DNA from: Candidatus Altiarchaeota archaeon
Lineage (GTDB): Archaea > Altiarchaeota > Altiarchaeia > IMC4 > QMZM01
Assembly: GCA_016931955.1 (NCBI GenBank)
Contig: JAFGDV010000022.1
Location: forward strand, 32,001-96,000
DNA: 64,000 nt
Reading direction: 5' to 3'
The notes beneath the pieces are model-generated. The model worked only from the letters and a program-made list of their open reading frames with translations. It was not told the DNA's origin and ran no database searches. The position numbers and the translations under genes are program-made. Shown here piece after piece: positions 1 through 9,681 of this stretch (position 1 is its first letter; every line of letters begins with the position of its first letter).

Positions 1-784
1 TCTCGATCTCCTCTATCATATTTCCTGCAATGTCGGCACAGGTCACAGTCAGTACGTGGACTGAGTCCTCCTCGAATGTCATCAAGTACTCCCAGGAGGC
101 TTCTCCATTCAAATCCTCGTCTACCTCAGTCTGAATTGGGCCTCCGTCCACTGTGTAGGTTATTATGCAGTAGTCTAGGCCGCTTATTCCGCACTCTCCC
201 TGATCTACAACTGATATGTTTATAACCGTGGACTGAGTGATCCAGCACTCATCTCCAACACCAGGAGGACAAACACCGGACTGAGGACCAGTGACCGTCT
301 TAGTTATTTCAGGCGCTACGTCGTCAACGCTCGTAGTATCATTAAGAAATTGAATCCAACCAGTTGCTGGGAAAGTCACATCTCTTGTTTCGAATTGCCA
401 ATTCCACTCGCATCCACTAGTAGGAGTTTTTGCAGAAAAAGTAAAACTTTCAGTATTTCCAGCAGTTATGCGATAGGAGGAATTTTCAGCTACATACTGA
501 CAAGCCTGTTTTGTGCCAATAAAATTCAACTCCCAACCAGGTTTTTCGTCACACTGGAAGTTAGTATAGCTCATATTTCGATATATCCTCACTTCATCCA
601 CTGTATCAGGTCCATTATTGGTTATATTGACTGTGTAATCCATTGTCTGGTTTGCGGCGGACCATTCTGGCTGCAAATCAGCTGAGCTTGTATGCGTTTG
701 TATATGTACCTGGGCGGATGAGATGCCCATAATAGCTGCCAGAAGCAGACAAAATACTCCTATAGTATATACTTTTGTTTTCAT
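1..784 (-). CDS. Secreted/cell-surface protein with Ig-like beta domains (3' end runs off the window)
   Basis: Not in the ORF track. GGAGGT RBS, then ATG at 784: MKTKVYTIGVFCLLLAAIMGISSAQ (signal peptide)...VNITNNGPDTVDEV...VDDVAPEITK...LTVTCADIAGN. Frame is open to base 1. Confidence 0.8.
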   Translation of the reverse strand, partial: MKTKVYTIGVFCLLLAAIMGISSAQVHIQTHTSSADLQPEWSAANQTMDYTVNITNNGPDTVDEVRIYRNMSYTNFQCDEKPGWELNFIGTKQACQYVAENSSYRITAGNTESFTFSAKTPTSGCEWNWQFETRDVTFPATGWIQFLNDTTSVDDVAPEITKTVTGPQSGVCPPGVGDECWITQSTVINISVVDQGECGISGLDYCIITYTVDGGPIQTEVDEDLNGEASWEYLMTFEEDSVHVLTVTCADIAGNMIEEIE

Positions 785-1180
785 TGTTTACCTCCATAAA
801 AATTGGTTTTAGATAAGGGTGAGAATCTGAATCTAGAATTAGGTATGAGATCAGCCTCATAGGCTCTGCCATAGCCTAATAACGGAATAACACACGTCAC
901 ATACCCACCCTTTAGATGCTAGGGCTAAAAAACCCCACCATAGACTCGCATACTTGGTGTTTGCTCATAGAACAAACATTATCCCAAATAGACTCATAAT
1001 ATATGGTTACCTATAATCGCAAGGGTTTAAAAAGGATTATTTCGTTACCAAAAACTGCCTAAATTATCGGACAAAGTCCTAAACCCGATATCTAGAAAAA
1101 AAATTATTTCAGCAATCCTCGTCAACATAGGATAGTGTTCTAAACAAGGGATAGACGAGGAAAAAGCCAGTAAGAGTTTA

Positions 1181-1337
1181 AGCAGGGGTGAGAGGACCTA
1201 AATTCCGTAGAGGGCGCAAGGAATTTAGAAGTAGGTCCGGATCGCTTTAAAGATAATCGACTTACATCGATCACCCGTTTTGTTTTACTGAGGTAAAACA
1301 TCAGCCAATCACCCCTGCTCCTCCGTAATAGGAGGTA
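1181..1337 (-). ncRNA. Candidate structured ncRNA (four-way junction plus 5' hairpin), family unknown
   Basis: 11-bp closing stem (1181-1191/1309-1319), three inner stems and a hairpin at 1320-1335. One stem pairs fully only on the minus strand (three G-U). TTTATAAA at 1359-1366 lies upstream on the minus strand. Confidence 0.5.
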
Positions 1338-1508
1338 GTAATATATTGAACATTATTTTTTATAAATCAACTAAATCCTGATAATGTATGATAAATTTCC
1401 TGATAATAAATTTTAAATCCCAATAAAATCCTTAGATGATATAAATCGTTCGATTTCTTTTGACAGTCAGACTGTATTTATCCAAAAAAAGCCAATAAGG
1501 TAAAGCAG

Positions 1509-4028
1509 ATGGAACTCGTTTTCGGAGACTATGGAATAGAACAACCGTACCTATTACTTCTCATAATCCCCACCATGTTCGCCCTCCACCACTACATAAA
1601 AAAAGGCGGCATGAACAAAGGCAAATGGTTCTTTCTCTTCACGCGGCTCGTGATCGTTTCAATAATAGCCATAGCACTAACCTCGCCATTCACCTCCACG
1701 ATAACAGAAGAATTCAAGGACCTGACGTCCATAACCATACTCTTCGACCAATCAGAGAGCATGACGGTAACAGACATCGACAAAGACCTTGCAGATAAAA
1801 TATACGACGACATATCATCCGCTATCGGGAACCTGACAGGCAACAGAGGGGCTGTGGAGCAGAAGCACTTCTCTGAGGGGAACAGAACAGAGATAGGCAA
1901 CGCACTCTACAAGGAAACGCTGGGTAAGAGCAAGGAAAAAAACCTCATAGTGCTATTAAGCGACTGCAACAACAATTACGGCAGGGACGCGTCAGACATG
2001 GCGCAGGTGCTAGCAGAAGCGAACATCACCGTCTACGCAGTCATCCCAAACACCATACAAAAGGACGTATACATATCAGAGATGACTGGAGACAAAAAAA
2101 CCCCTGCCAATGCAGACTATACGCTCAAGATAGGGGTGGGGAAGGCGGGTTCAGATGTGTCGGAGTACAACCTCCTCCTGAAGGTTGACGACAACCTGAT
2201 CCATATGGTGAACAACGTAGTCCAGGTAGAGGACACCAAATCCTTCCGCTTCACCTTCTCGATGAAGGACGAAGGCGTGCACAAGATAACGGCGGAGATA
2301 AAACCTAAGGGCGAAGACCTCTTCAGGATAAACAATGAGATGATCAAAAGCGTCGATGTCGTGGAACGCCCGGACGTACTTCTGGTGACTGAAAACCATA
2401 ACTCGCTGCTCTCAACCCTCCTCAATGAGAACTACGACGTCTTCAGGACAACGCTTCCGAGACAGGACTACAGCAAATACGATGTTGTTTACTTCGACAA
2501 CGTACCGGTGGAGAGGATGGATGACTGGGTCATTAATTCACTGAACAACTACGTCGTCGAAGGCAACGGACTCGTTGTTGTCGGCGGAGAAAAAGCCTAT
2601 GAAAGGGGTGACTACCATAATAGCCAGATAGAGACCCTGCTCCCAGTTATATCCACGGAGCCGCCGGAGAAGAAGAGAAAAGAGATCGCAGTCATATTCC
2701 TCATAGACATCTCAGAGAGCACAAGCTACGGCATGACAGGAGAGACAAAAGTCGATGTTGAAAAGGCTTTGGCGATAAACATGCTAAGGCAGTTAGACTT
2801 AGACGACATGGTTGGTGTGATAGCCTTCAACGTTAAAGCATACACTGTATCTCCACTCAAAAAGATCGAAGACGTCGAATTAGAGCTTGAGACTAGGATA
2901 AGGTCGCTGACATTCACCGGAGGCACAGACATGATGGAAGCCCTCCTCCAGGCAGAAACGCTCTTCGGCGACTTCGAAGGTAAAAAATATGTGATATTGA
3001 TCTCAGACGGCGTCATACAGAGACTCTCTAGGGAGGAGACAACCCTGCAACATGTGAAGTCCATGAACGACAAAGGCATTACAGTCTACACTGTGGGCGT
3101 GGGCTTTGACACAAACGAGAGATTCATGAGAGCCCTCGCCGACACAGGAAAGGGGATCTACTTCAGACCAGAGGACTATGAGCGGCTTCATATAGAGTTC
3201 GAGGAAAAAGAGAAGGTGGAAAAAGACCAGTACACGCTGGGAGTATACAACAAGTACCACTTCATAACACGCGACCTCACGCAGTTCTGGCCTGCAATAA
3301 AGGACTTCAATGGGGTGACTGAGAAATCAGTGGCCCAGGTTCTCGTGACAACCGAGGGCAAGATGCCTGTAGTAACAGTCTGGCGCTTCGGGCTGGGCAG
3401 GGTCGTGTCGCTGACCGTTGACAACGGCTTGCAGTGGGCGCCTAACCTGTATTACTCAAACAACGGCGAACTTATTTCCGCGATAACCAACTGGGCCATA
3501 GGCAACCTCGAGAAACGGAAGAGGGTGAACATAGAGACGATGGACGTAAACATTGGTGGTAAGGCTGAGATACAGATAAAATCCGAGAAGGAACCCGACG
3601 TCGTGATCCAGGACTGGGAGGGAAACAAGGAGGAGATCGAATTAAAGCAAACCGATGTGGACCTCTTCGCTGGAAGCTTCACCCCGCAGAAGAGCGGCTT
3701 CTATATGATGAAGGCAGTATCCTCTCTAGGCGAAGACACTGACGCTATCGCAGTAGACATGCCCTTAGAGTACCGGAAGCTGGGAGTGGACACTGAAGAA
3801 CTGAAGACCATAACCGCTATCACTCAAGGCCGAGTCTATGATTCCTCCGAGATAGGCAAACTGGAGGCAGACGTCCTGGAATACATAAGAGAAAGCTCAT
3901 CCTCCAAGACACTGGAGAAGACACCCCTACATACGTACTTCATGGCAGCTGCACTCGGCCTGTTCTTCCTCGACGTAGTATCCCGTAGGATACTGGACAT
4001 AATAAGGCTAAGGAGGAAGGGGGAATAA
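1509..4028 (+). CDS. Membrane-anchored vWA-domain protein (BatA-like N-terminal TMs, vWA, Ig/CARDB-like, GATase-like, second vWA)
   Basis: MIDAS motifs LFDQSESM and LIDISEST; LLSD/LISDG; GGTD; WRFGLGRV; N- and C-terminal TM helices. Confidence 0.85.
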   Translation: MELVFGDYGIEQPYLLLLIIPTMFALHHYIKKGGMNKGKWFFLFTRLVIVSIIAIALTSPFTSTITEEFKDLTSITILFDQSESMTVTDIDKDLADKIYDDISSAIGNLTGNRGAVEQKHFSEGNRTEIGNALYKETLGKSKEKNLIVLLSDCNNNYGRDASDMAQVLAEANITVYAVIPNTIQKDVYISEMTGDKKTPANADYTLKIGVGKAGSDVSEYNLLLKVDDNLIHMVNNVVQVEDTKSFRFTFSMKDEGVHKITAEIKPKGEDLFRINNEMIKSVDVVERPDVLLVTENHNSLLSTLLNENYDVFRTTLPRQDYSKYDVVYFDNVPVERMDDWVINSLNNYVVEGNGLVVVGGEKAYERGDYHNSQIETLLPVISTEPPEKKRKEIAVIFLIDISESTSYGMTGETKVDVEKALAINMLRQLDLDDMVGVIAFNVKAYTVSPLKKIEDVELELETRIRSLTFTGGTDMMEALLQAETLFGDFEGKKYVILISDGVIQRLSREETTLQHVKSMNDKGITVYTVGVGFDTNERFMRALADTGKGIYFRPEDYERLHIEFEEKEKVEKDQYTLGVYNKYHFITRDLTQFWPAIKDFNGVTEKSVAQVLVTTEGKMPVVTVWRFGLGRVVSLTVDNGLQWAPNLYYSNNGELISAITNWAIGNLEKRKRVNIETMDVNIGGKAEIQIKSEKEPDVVIQDWEGNKEEIELKQTDVDLFAGSFTPQKSGFYMMKAVSSLGEDTDAIAVDMPLEYRKLGVDTEELKTITAITQGRVYDSSEIGKLEADVLEYIRESSSSKTLEKTPLHTYFMAAALGLFFLDVVSRRILDIIRLRRKGE

Positions 4029-4038
4029 AAGAAAAGGG

Positions 4039-5379
4039 CTATGCACAATCCACTGGACAATTATCCGAGTTCTCTCCCTTACCGCTGCAGATTCCGTCCC
4101 CACAACACCATGAAAGCTTTTTTGTTATCTTGCTCGGACAGTCTGCTGGACAGGATGCACAGTCTTCTCCCTGATTCACCCCGGCACAATAGCCATCGCC
4201 GCAGCCGCTGGGGATGGTTGTTGGCGGCGTGGTCGGTACATAATTTACTGCGCCAAATGCATTCACGATTCCTGCACCGTAGTTGTCAGAGGTGCATGGT
4301 ACCTCGCCGATCAAATAATTCCGCCCCACTCTTCTGACCACCCCATAACATACAGAATCCGGAGCAATCGAATCTGCTGTCTTATAAAGCGCTGTCTTTA
4401 TTTGGTCTACAGTTAAGCTTGGATTAGCTTCCAGCATCAGAGCCACTGTTCCACTGACGTGTGGTGTTGACATCGAAGTCCCACTCCATGAAGCGTATCC
4501 ATCTACTATCGGTGAATAGATGCTTACCCCCGGAGCCACTATGTCCAGCGAAGGCCCGAAATTGCTGAAATATGCCATACTACCACTCTTGTCTACTGCC
4601 CCAACCGCTATCGCACCTGATGCGCATGCTGGGCTGCTAACAAAGAATTGATCATTCCCAGATGCTACTACCACAGTGATTCCGTTGTTTACCACATAGT
4701 TCACCTTAGCCGCTAATGGATCACCGTCACAGTCTTCTCCTGCGAAGTTTCCGCCACCTATGCTGATACTCATCACCTTCGCGTCTGTCAATACCGCTGA
4801 TTCCATAGCCGCCATCATGTCGCTTTCATAACATGAACCGCTAGCATCACATACCTTATACATGTAGATTCCTGCACCGGGTGCTGCACCCTTTGCGTTA
4901 GAAGCTACTCCATTCGCGGTTATTATGCCTGAAACATGCGTCCCATGTCCATGGTCATCCTCACAAGTTGTTGTTCCATCTACAAAGGTCTCACAACCAA
5001 CAATACTGTCACTCAACTCTGGGTTATCTGTGTCGATTCCAGTATCCAATACAGCCACATTCACCCCTGTTCCATCAATACCTTGCACCCAAACATCATC
5101 GGCATGTATCTGTTGATCAGCTTCTAAGTCCACTACCTGAAATATCCTGTCCTCTCTGGCATTCGATATCGTTGCCCCGATAGGGCATTTCAAGGCTGTT
5201 GCGTCGTTTAGTTCGTGTATGATTGCGCAGCCCTTCATCTTGAAAATCAGTTTATCTATTGGCGAGGTCGTATCCACTATCAACCTTTTACCGTTCCCCT
5301 GGTCTACTGGAATCGCCGTTGCCAGCAACATCCCTAGAATCAAGGCAGTTACTCCTAAAAGCATTATCTTATTTTTCAT
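4039..5379 (-). CDS. Secreted subtilisin-like S8 serine protease with C-terminal Cys-rich repeats
   Basis: VAVLDTG (Asp), HGHGTHVSG (His), SGTSMSTPHVSG (Ser); signal peptide; CGDGxC...CPxDC repeats. Confidence 0.95.
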   Translation of the reverse strand: MKNKIMLLGVTALILGMLLATAIPVDQGNGKRLIVDTTSPIDKLIFKMKGCAIIHELNDATALKCPIGATISNAREDRIFQVVDLEADQQIHADDVWVQGIDGTGVNVAVLDTGIDTDNPELSDSIVGCETFVDGTTTCEDDHGHGTHVSGIITANGVASNAKGAAPGAGIYMYKVCDASGSCYESDMMAAMESAVLTDAKVMSISIGGGNFAGEDCDGDPLAAKVNYVVNNGITVVVASGNDQFFVSSPACASGAIAVGAVDKSGSMAYFSNFGPSLDIVAPGVSIYSPIVDGYASWSGTSMSTPHVSGTVALMLEANPSLTVDQIKTALYKTADSIAPDSVCYGVVRRVGRNYLIGEVPCTSDNYGAGIVNAFGAVNYVPTTPPTTIPSGCGDGYCAGVNQGEDCASCPADCPSKITKKLSWCCGDGICSGKGENSDNCPVDCA

Positions 5380-5429
5380 TCTATCACCTATTAGCGTATA
5401 TTATATCTTGTTCATTCTAAATAAAATAC

Positions 5430-5918
5430 ATGATCCTCGACAGGGAAAAGATCGCAGAACTCGTAGAGAAAAAGAATCTGATAGAATGCTTCAGCGTGGA
5501 TTGTTTGGAGGGTGCTGGCTATGATCTGCGGGTGAACCGGATCCATAGGCTGAAGAGTGGGGGCTTCCTTGGGGCGGAGGACAGGAAGACCCCCGACGTT
5601 GAAGCCGTAGATTTCACCAGATATTCCCTGAAGCCGGGTGAATACGTTCTCATAGAGACCCTTGAGAGGGTGAATATGCCCAGGAACCTTGCAGCGAGGG
5701 TGTTGCCGAGGTCCAGCCTCTTCAGGTGCGGCTGTGCTCTGTTCAATGCCTTAGTGGATCCCGGCTACCAAGGCGTGTTAATCTTCGGCCTCAAGAATCT
5801 CTCAGACTTCGATTTCGTGCTGGAAAGAGGTGCCAGAGTAGCGCAGATCGTGTTTGAGGAGGTTGCCGGGGAAACCAGGGGCTATGACGGCAGATACCAG
5901 GGCGGCCGGGTTGTTTAG
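5430..5918 (+). CDS. dcd: dCTP deaminase / archaeal trimeric dUTPase family
   Basis: GYDLR, PRSSLFR, VDPGYQG, GARVAQIVF, YDGRYQG motifs. Confidence 0.85.
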   Translation: MILDREKIAELVEKKNLIECFSVDCLEGAGYDLRVNRIHRLKSGGFLGAEDRKTPDVEAVDFTRYSLKPGEYVLIETLERVNMPRNLAARVLPRSSLFRCGCALFNALVDPGYQGVLIFGLKNLSDFDFVLERGARVAQIVFEEVAGETRGYDGRYQGGRVV

Positions 5919-5954
5919 GCACGTATTTATAGGTGTTAGACAAATTAATTTACA

Positions 5955-6278
5955 ATGTTCACCGAAAACATCCTGACTTACGGGATACACCCTTCGGAGA
6001 TCGTAATCTTCATCATCTTTCTCTGGGGAGCGTACCTCTTTGCGAGCATTAGTAGGGACACTGCTAAATCCTTTTTTGGTGAAGGCTATATGTTTTGGGT
6101 TTTGGGTGTGACCTTGATCTGCCTTCAGCAGTTTTTCGACATGTTCGACAACGTGCCGGGATTCAGGTTCTTCAACTACTTGGAGCATGCCGCATTCCTG
6201 CTTGGCTCGGCAATGATAACATACAGCATCTACAAATGCTATAATAGATGTAAGACTGCGGGTGAATTGGTAGAATGA
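5955..6278 (+). CDS. Small 3-TM membrane protein
   Basis: Three hydrophobic segments; ATGA overlap with the next gene. Confidence 0.65.
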   Translation: MFTENILTYGIHPSEIVIFIIFLWGAYLFASISRDTAKSFFGEGYMFWVLGVTLICLQQFFDMFDNVPGFRFFNYLEHAAFLLGSAMITYSIYKCYNRCKTAGELVE

Positions 6279-6610
6279 TAGTAACTCAGATGCTGGTGAA
6301 TTTCGTGATGAAGGTTCTGGCGTTGATCATTCTCTCCACTGGGGTCTATTTCGCCATAGAATTAAGGGACAAGTTAAAGGGTTTAAGGCTTACGTGGATC
6401 CTCATCAGCGTGGGCGTTCTTTTTCTGCAGGTCTATGCGCTCTCTGATGTGGCTGAATTCGGGGCATGTCTTATCTTCGGCGACGGCGAAGTCGCTGATG
6501 CGGTCACAGAATCCATGGACTTGCTTGAGATGGCCTTGGTCGCTGCCGCAGCCAGTTTTCTCACCACCGCAGGAATTGTCTTGAAGAATCCAGAAAATAG
6601 GCCTACTTAG
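6275..6610 (+). CDS. Small 3-TM membrane protein
   Basis: Three hydrophobic segments with a W at the start of TM2, as in the upstream gene. Confidence 0.65.
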   Translation: MIVTQMLVNFVMKVLALIILSTGVYFAIELRDKLKGLRLTWILISVGVLFLQVYALSDVAEFGACLIFGDGEVADAVTESMDLLEMALVAAAASFLTTAGIVLKNPENRPT

Positions 6611-7616
6611 GGGATTTGTCTTCCAGTCTCTGAACCCTTGACTCTAGATGCTTTATCTTTGCTTCGATCTCTATGAGTTTTTTCTGGTGGTCTCTTATTA
6701 TCTCCCTGAAGCTTTCCTCGTCTAAGGCCCTCCTGTGGTATTTTGTCTTCGCTAATTCGATCATCTCCTCTACGCGGTTTTTCTCGTCAAGGAGCTTGAT
6801 CAACTCCAAATCCATGTTACTATCGTCTGCACTGATCCGCTTTGCTGTCTTCTTCTTCCATAGGAGGATAACATTTACCATGAGAACAATCAGCAGGAAC
6901 ACGAAAACGAATAGAATCACTCTCAGGCTTCTCTTTGGCTGATATCCCGCATCCTCCATTATCTCGTCGATCTCCTCCTGAGTGAAGCCCCTCTCCTCCA
7001 GGGCTGATGTGATTTCTTCTGGAGACATACCCTCCGACAATGCCTTCTTCACCTGCTCTACTACAATCATTCTCTGAATTGTCTGGATCTCTTCTGTGGT
7101 GAAGCCTCTCTCAGCAAATCCCTTGGTGATGTCCTCCATTGGGAGGCCTCTTCTAAGCGCTTCTTTGATCAACTGAGTATTAGCTTCACCCATAACAGCT
7201 TCTACTTCCTGCCTGGAGTAGCCCCTCTCCAAAAGGTATTCCCCCAATTCCTGCTTTGACTTGTTCTCGTAGGCTATCATGTGACCGACTGCACTAACTG
7301 TTGCGAGATTTAGTATATCCAATGCCTCCGCCTGCGAGTAGCCTTGATCCATTAGAAAAACCAAGGTGTCCTCCTTGAAGGAGGATCCTTTGACGGCTTC
7401 TTTCTTTATCTCATCGGATCCTGCCACGCCTTCTATAGATGGTGATTGGGCGTATGATTTTTGTGTTGGGGTGTTGTCTGCTAGAGGTTCATAGACTTCT
7501 GATAGTATCATCTCCTTCACTTCCTGGATGATCTCAGGATCAGAAACGTCCTCTGGGCTGGCGCATACGGTTATGAGAAGGACTGTCAAGAAGAAGAATG
7601 TCAGGGGTATTTTCAT
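6603..7616 (-). CDS. Signal peptide, helical G[YF][ST]xxE[IVA] repeats, TM helix and cytoplasmic coiled coil
   Basis: Repeats GYSQAEA, GYSRQEV, GFTTEEI, GMSPEEI, GFTQEEI; TM VILFVFVFLLIVLMVNVILLW; C-terminal heptads. Confidence 0.7.
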   Translation of the reverse strand: MKIPLTFFFLTVLLITVCASPEDVSDPEIIQEVKEMILSEVYEPLADNTPTQKSYAQSPSIEGVAGSDEIKKEAVKGSSFKEDTLVFLMDQGYSQAEALDILNLATVSAVGHMIAYENKSKQELGEYLLERGYSRQEVEAVMGEANTQLIKEALRRGLPMEDITKGFAERGFTTEEIQTIQRMIVVEQVKKALSEGMSPEEITSALEERGFTQEEIDEIMEDAGYQPKRSLRVILFVFVFLLIVLMVNVILLWKKKTAKRISADDSNMDLELIKLLDEKNRVEEMIELAKTKYHRRALDEESFREIIRDHQKKLIEIEAKIKHLESRVQRLEDKSPK

Positions 7617-7657
7617 CCTAGACAGTTATTTGTCAGACGGGTTAAAATAGGTTTCCC

Positions 7658-8914
7658 CTATAAGTCAAAGGTGTCGCCCATCTTGGGTGTGTGGGTTTCA
7701 CAGATGCTTGAGAGGAATTCGGCGAATGATTCACAGGGTTTCGGGTCGCCGTGGACTACGAACGCCTTCTCTGGGTTCACCTTCTCTGCTATGTCTTCTA
7801 GGGAGTGTCTGCCGGCGTGGGCTGAGAAATCAAACTGGTGTTTCTCCATCCTCACCTCTAATTCCTTGTCTGTGAGGGGGTCTATGACGTAGCCCTTCTC
7901 CATCAGAAGCCTTCCATTCGTCCCCTCAACCTGGTAGCCTGTTAGCAGGATGGAGCTGAGTTTGTCCATGTGCAGCCTGTGCAGGTAGCTGAAGACTGGG
8001 CCGCCGTTAACCATGCCTGCGGTCGTCACTATGATTGAGGGCTCTGAGAGGGCCTTCTTTCTCGCTGAACTATTATCTATCCAAGTAGCTATGTTAGCAG
8101 CCTTCTGCAGCAAACCCGAGTCCCTGACGTACTCAGGATACTGTAGGAACAGTGAGGTGACCTGCTGACCCATCCCGTCAAGGTATATGGGATAAGGCAT
8201 GTCTTCTAGCATCATCAACACCTCCTGCGTCCTGCCGACCGCGAAGGCCGGAATCAAGGCGTTCCCTCCCCGGTCGACGGTCTCCTCTATGGTGGAGAGA
8301 AACTCTTTCTCCATCTCTCTTCTGCTCGGGTGGACCCTATCTCCGTAGGTGCTCTCTATTATCAAGACATCTGCTTCAGGGATCTCGGCGCCAGCCTGCA
8401 GATGTGTGTCCTTTGTCTTTATATCTCCCGTATAGTAGACCTTTTTTCCCTCGATTTCGAGGAGAACTGCGGCGCTTCCAGGTATGTGGCCCGCATCCAG
8501 CAGCTTAAAGGAGATATTCTCTGTGAGGCTTCTATCTGCGCCGTATGGTATCGATACCTCAGATGAGTGCATGGCTTCGATGTCATGGATTGAATAGATA
8601 TGTCTTTCCTTTCTGAGCTGGTTTATCTTGGCTGAATCCTTCTGCAGCAGATGCGAGGTCTCAAGGCTCAGATCTGTTGCATATATCTTGGGGTGGTTTC
8701 TCCTGTGGAGGGCGGGCAGCATCCCTGAGTGATCCAGGTGTGCATGTGATAGGACAACAGCATCTACGCGGTCAGGCAGGGCAGGGTATCCGTCTTCTTG
8801 TCTTATCTTCAGGCCGCAGTCCAGCATCAACCAGAATCCGTCGGATTCTATCGTAAAACAGGACCTCCCTACCTCCTGCACGCCCCCATGGAAACCAACT
8901 ATTATTCTCACCAC
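7658..8914 (-). CDS. Metallo-beta-lactamase/beta-CASP ribonuclease (aCPSF-like, no KH domains)
   Basis: GGVQEVGRSC, SHAHLDHSG, AGHIPGS, YTGD, ESTYG, AVGRTQE, FSAHAG, VHGD. Confidence 0.92.
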   Translation of the reverse strand: MVRIIVGFHGGVQEVGRSCFTIESDGFWLMLDCGLKIRQEDGYPALPDRVDAVVLSHAHLDHSGMLPALHRRNHPKIYATDLSLETSHLLQKDSAKINQLRKERHIYSIHDIEAMHSSEVSIPYGADRSLTENISFKLLDAGHIPGSAAVLLEIEGKKVYYTGDIKTKDTHLQAGAEIPEADVLIIESTYGDRVHPSRREMEKEFLSTIEETVDRGGNALIPAFAVGRTQEVLMMLEDMPYPIYLDGMGQQVTSLFLQYPEYVRDSGLLQKAANIATWIDNSSARKKALSEPSIIVTTAGMVNGGPVFSYLHRLHMDKLSSILLTGYQVEGTNGRLLMEKGYVIDPLTDKELEVRMEKHQFDFSAHAGRHSLEDIAEKVNPEKAFVVHGDPKPCESFAEFLSSICETHTPKMGDTFDL

Positions 8915-8922
8915 CTACTGCT

Positions 8923-9357
8923 CTATTCCAGCGACAAATACCACGGCTCGGAGTCTTCAAGGATTCTCGCCGCCTCATCCCTCAACTTCTCAAGTGAACC
9001 GTCGTCCACGTTTTTCTCTTCCAGTTCCTCGGGGTTCACGGATATTGTTATACTAAACACCTTACTCCTCCAGTGCATCCCCGACCTCATGATGTCTTCT
9101 ATGTTCTCCATCTTCGACAGCGTCAGCTCTGAGATCCCTCCCTCTGCTGTGAGCAAACCCGACGCCATCATATTCAGCCTCATCGACTCATGCGCTATGT
9201 CCATCATATTCGACCTGATCTTGGCGTAGTAGGCTTCGCAAAGCTTTGCTAGGGCCGGCTTCCATTCGAACTCGGAGTCTCTTTCATGTATCATGTAGGC
9301 CTTAAATACGATCTTCCTTCTCTTCAGGCCTGACATTATTTCCTCGATTAGGTTCAT
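8923..9357 (-). CDS. Hypothetical protein
   Basis: 144-aa ORF tightly packed in an operon. Confidence 0.6.
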   Translation of the reverse strand: MNLIEEIMSGLKRRKIVFKAYMIHERDSEFEWKPALAKLCEAYYAKIRSNMMDIAHESMRLNMMASGLLTAEGGISELTLSKMENIEDIMRSGMHWRSKVFSITISVNPEELEEKNVDDGSLEKLRDEAARILEDSEPWYLSLE

Positions 9358-9360
9358 TCT

Positions 9361-9624
9361 CTATCTTACAAGCTCTGTGTGCCCAAGATGTACAATCAAA
9401 TCCAGGCCAAGTAGCTCCGAATCCTTTTCTTTCATATCACAGGCCCCATAGACTTGGTCCGTGAAGATAACCGCCTTAGCCCCTGACCTGCCCTCAATTT
9501 CCTCAGCCAATTGCACTGCATATTCCTTCAGGCCTTCTGGAAACTGCAAGCCGACAAAGCAGGCACCCACCTCTTTGATCCCCCCCAGGATCTTGTTGAG
9601 TTCAAACTCATATTCTATTGGCAT
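9361..9624 (-). CDS. dph2: Diphthamide biosynthesis Dph2, N-terminal domain only
   Basis: VGLQFPEGLK, YGACD (first Fe-S Cys) and IVHLGH, then a stop at 87 aa. Confidence 0.8.
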   Translation of the reverse strand: MPIEYEFELNKILGGIKEVGACFVGLQFPEGLKEYAVQLAEEIEGRSGAKAVIFTDQVYGACDMKEKDSELLGLDLIVHLGHTELVR

Positions 9625-9681
9625 GCTAACCAACGTCGTTAATTAATAGAATTTCTAGCTATTTAAGTTTATACCCAAGTT

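Noticed and set aside
1181-1319. Hammerhead ribozyme or reduced RNase P identity for the structured RNA
   Set aside because: The minus strand has CUGAUGU...CAAAAC rather than CUGANGA...GAAA, and no RNase P CR-I/CR-V motifs are present.
8923-9363. Amber readthrough fusing the Dph2 fragment to the in-frame downstream ORF (similar in-frame TAG junctions at 18500 and 34496)
   Set aside because: The downstream ORF has no Dph2 motifs, the other junctions join unrelated complete genes, and no pyl genes are seen.
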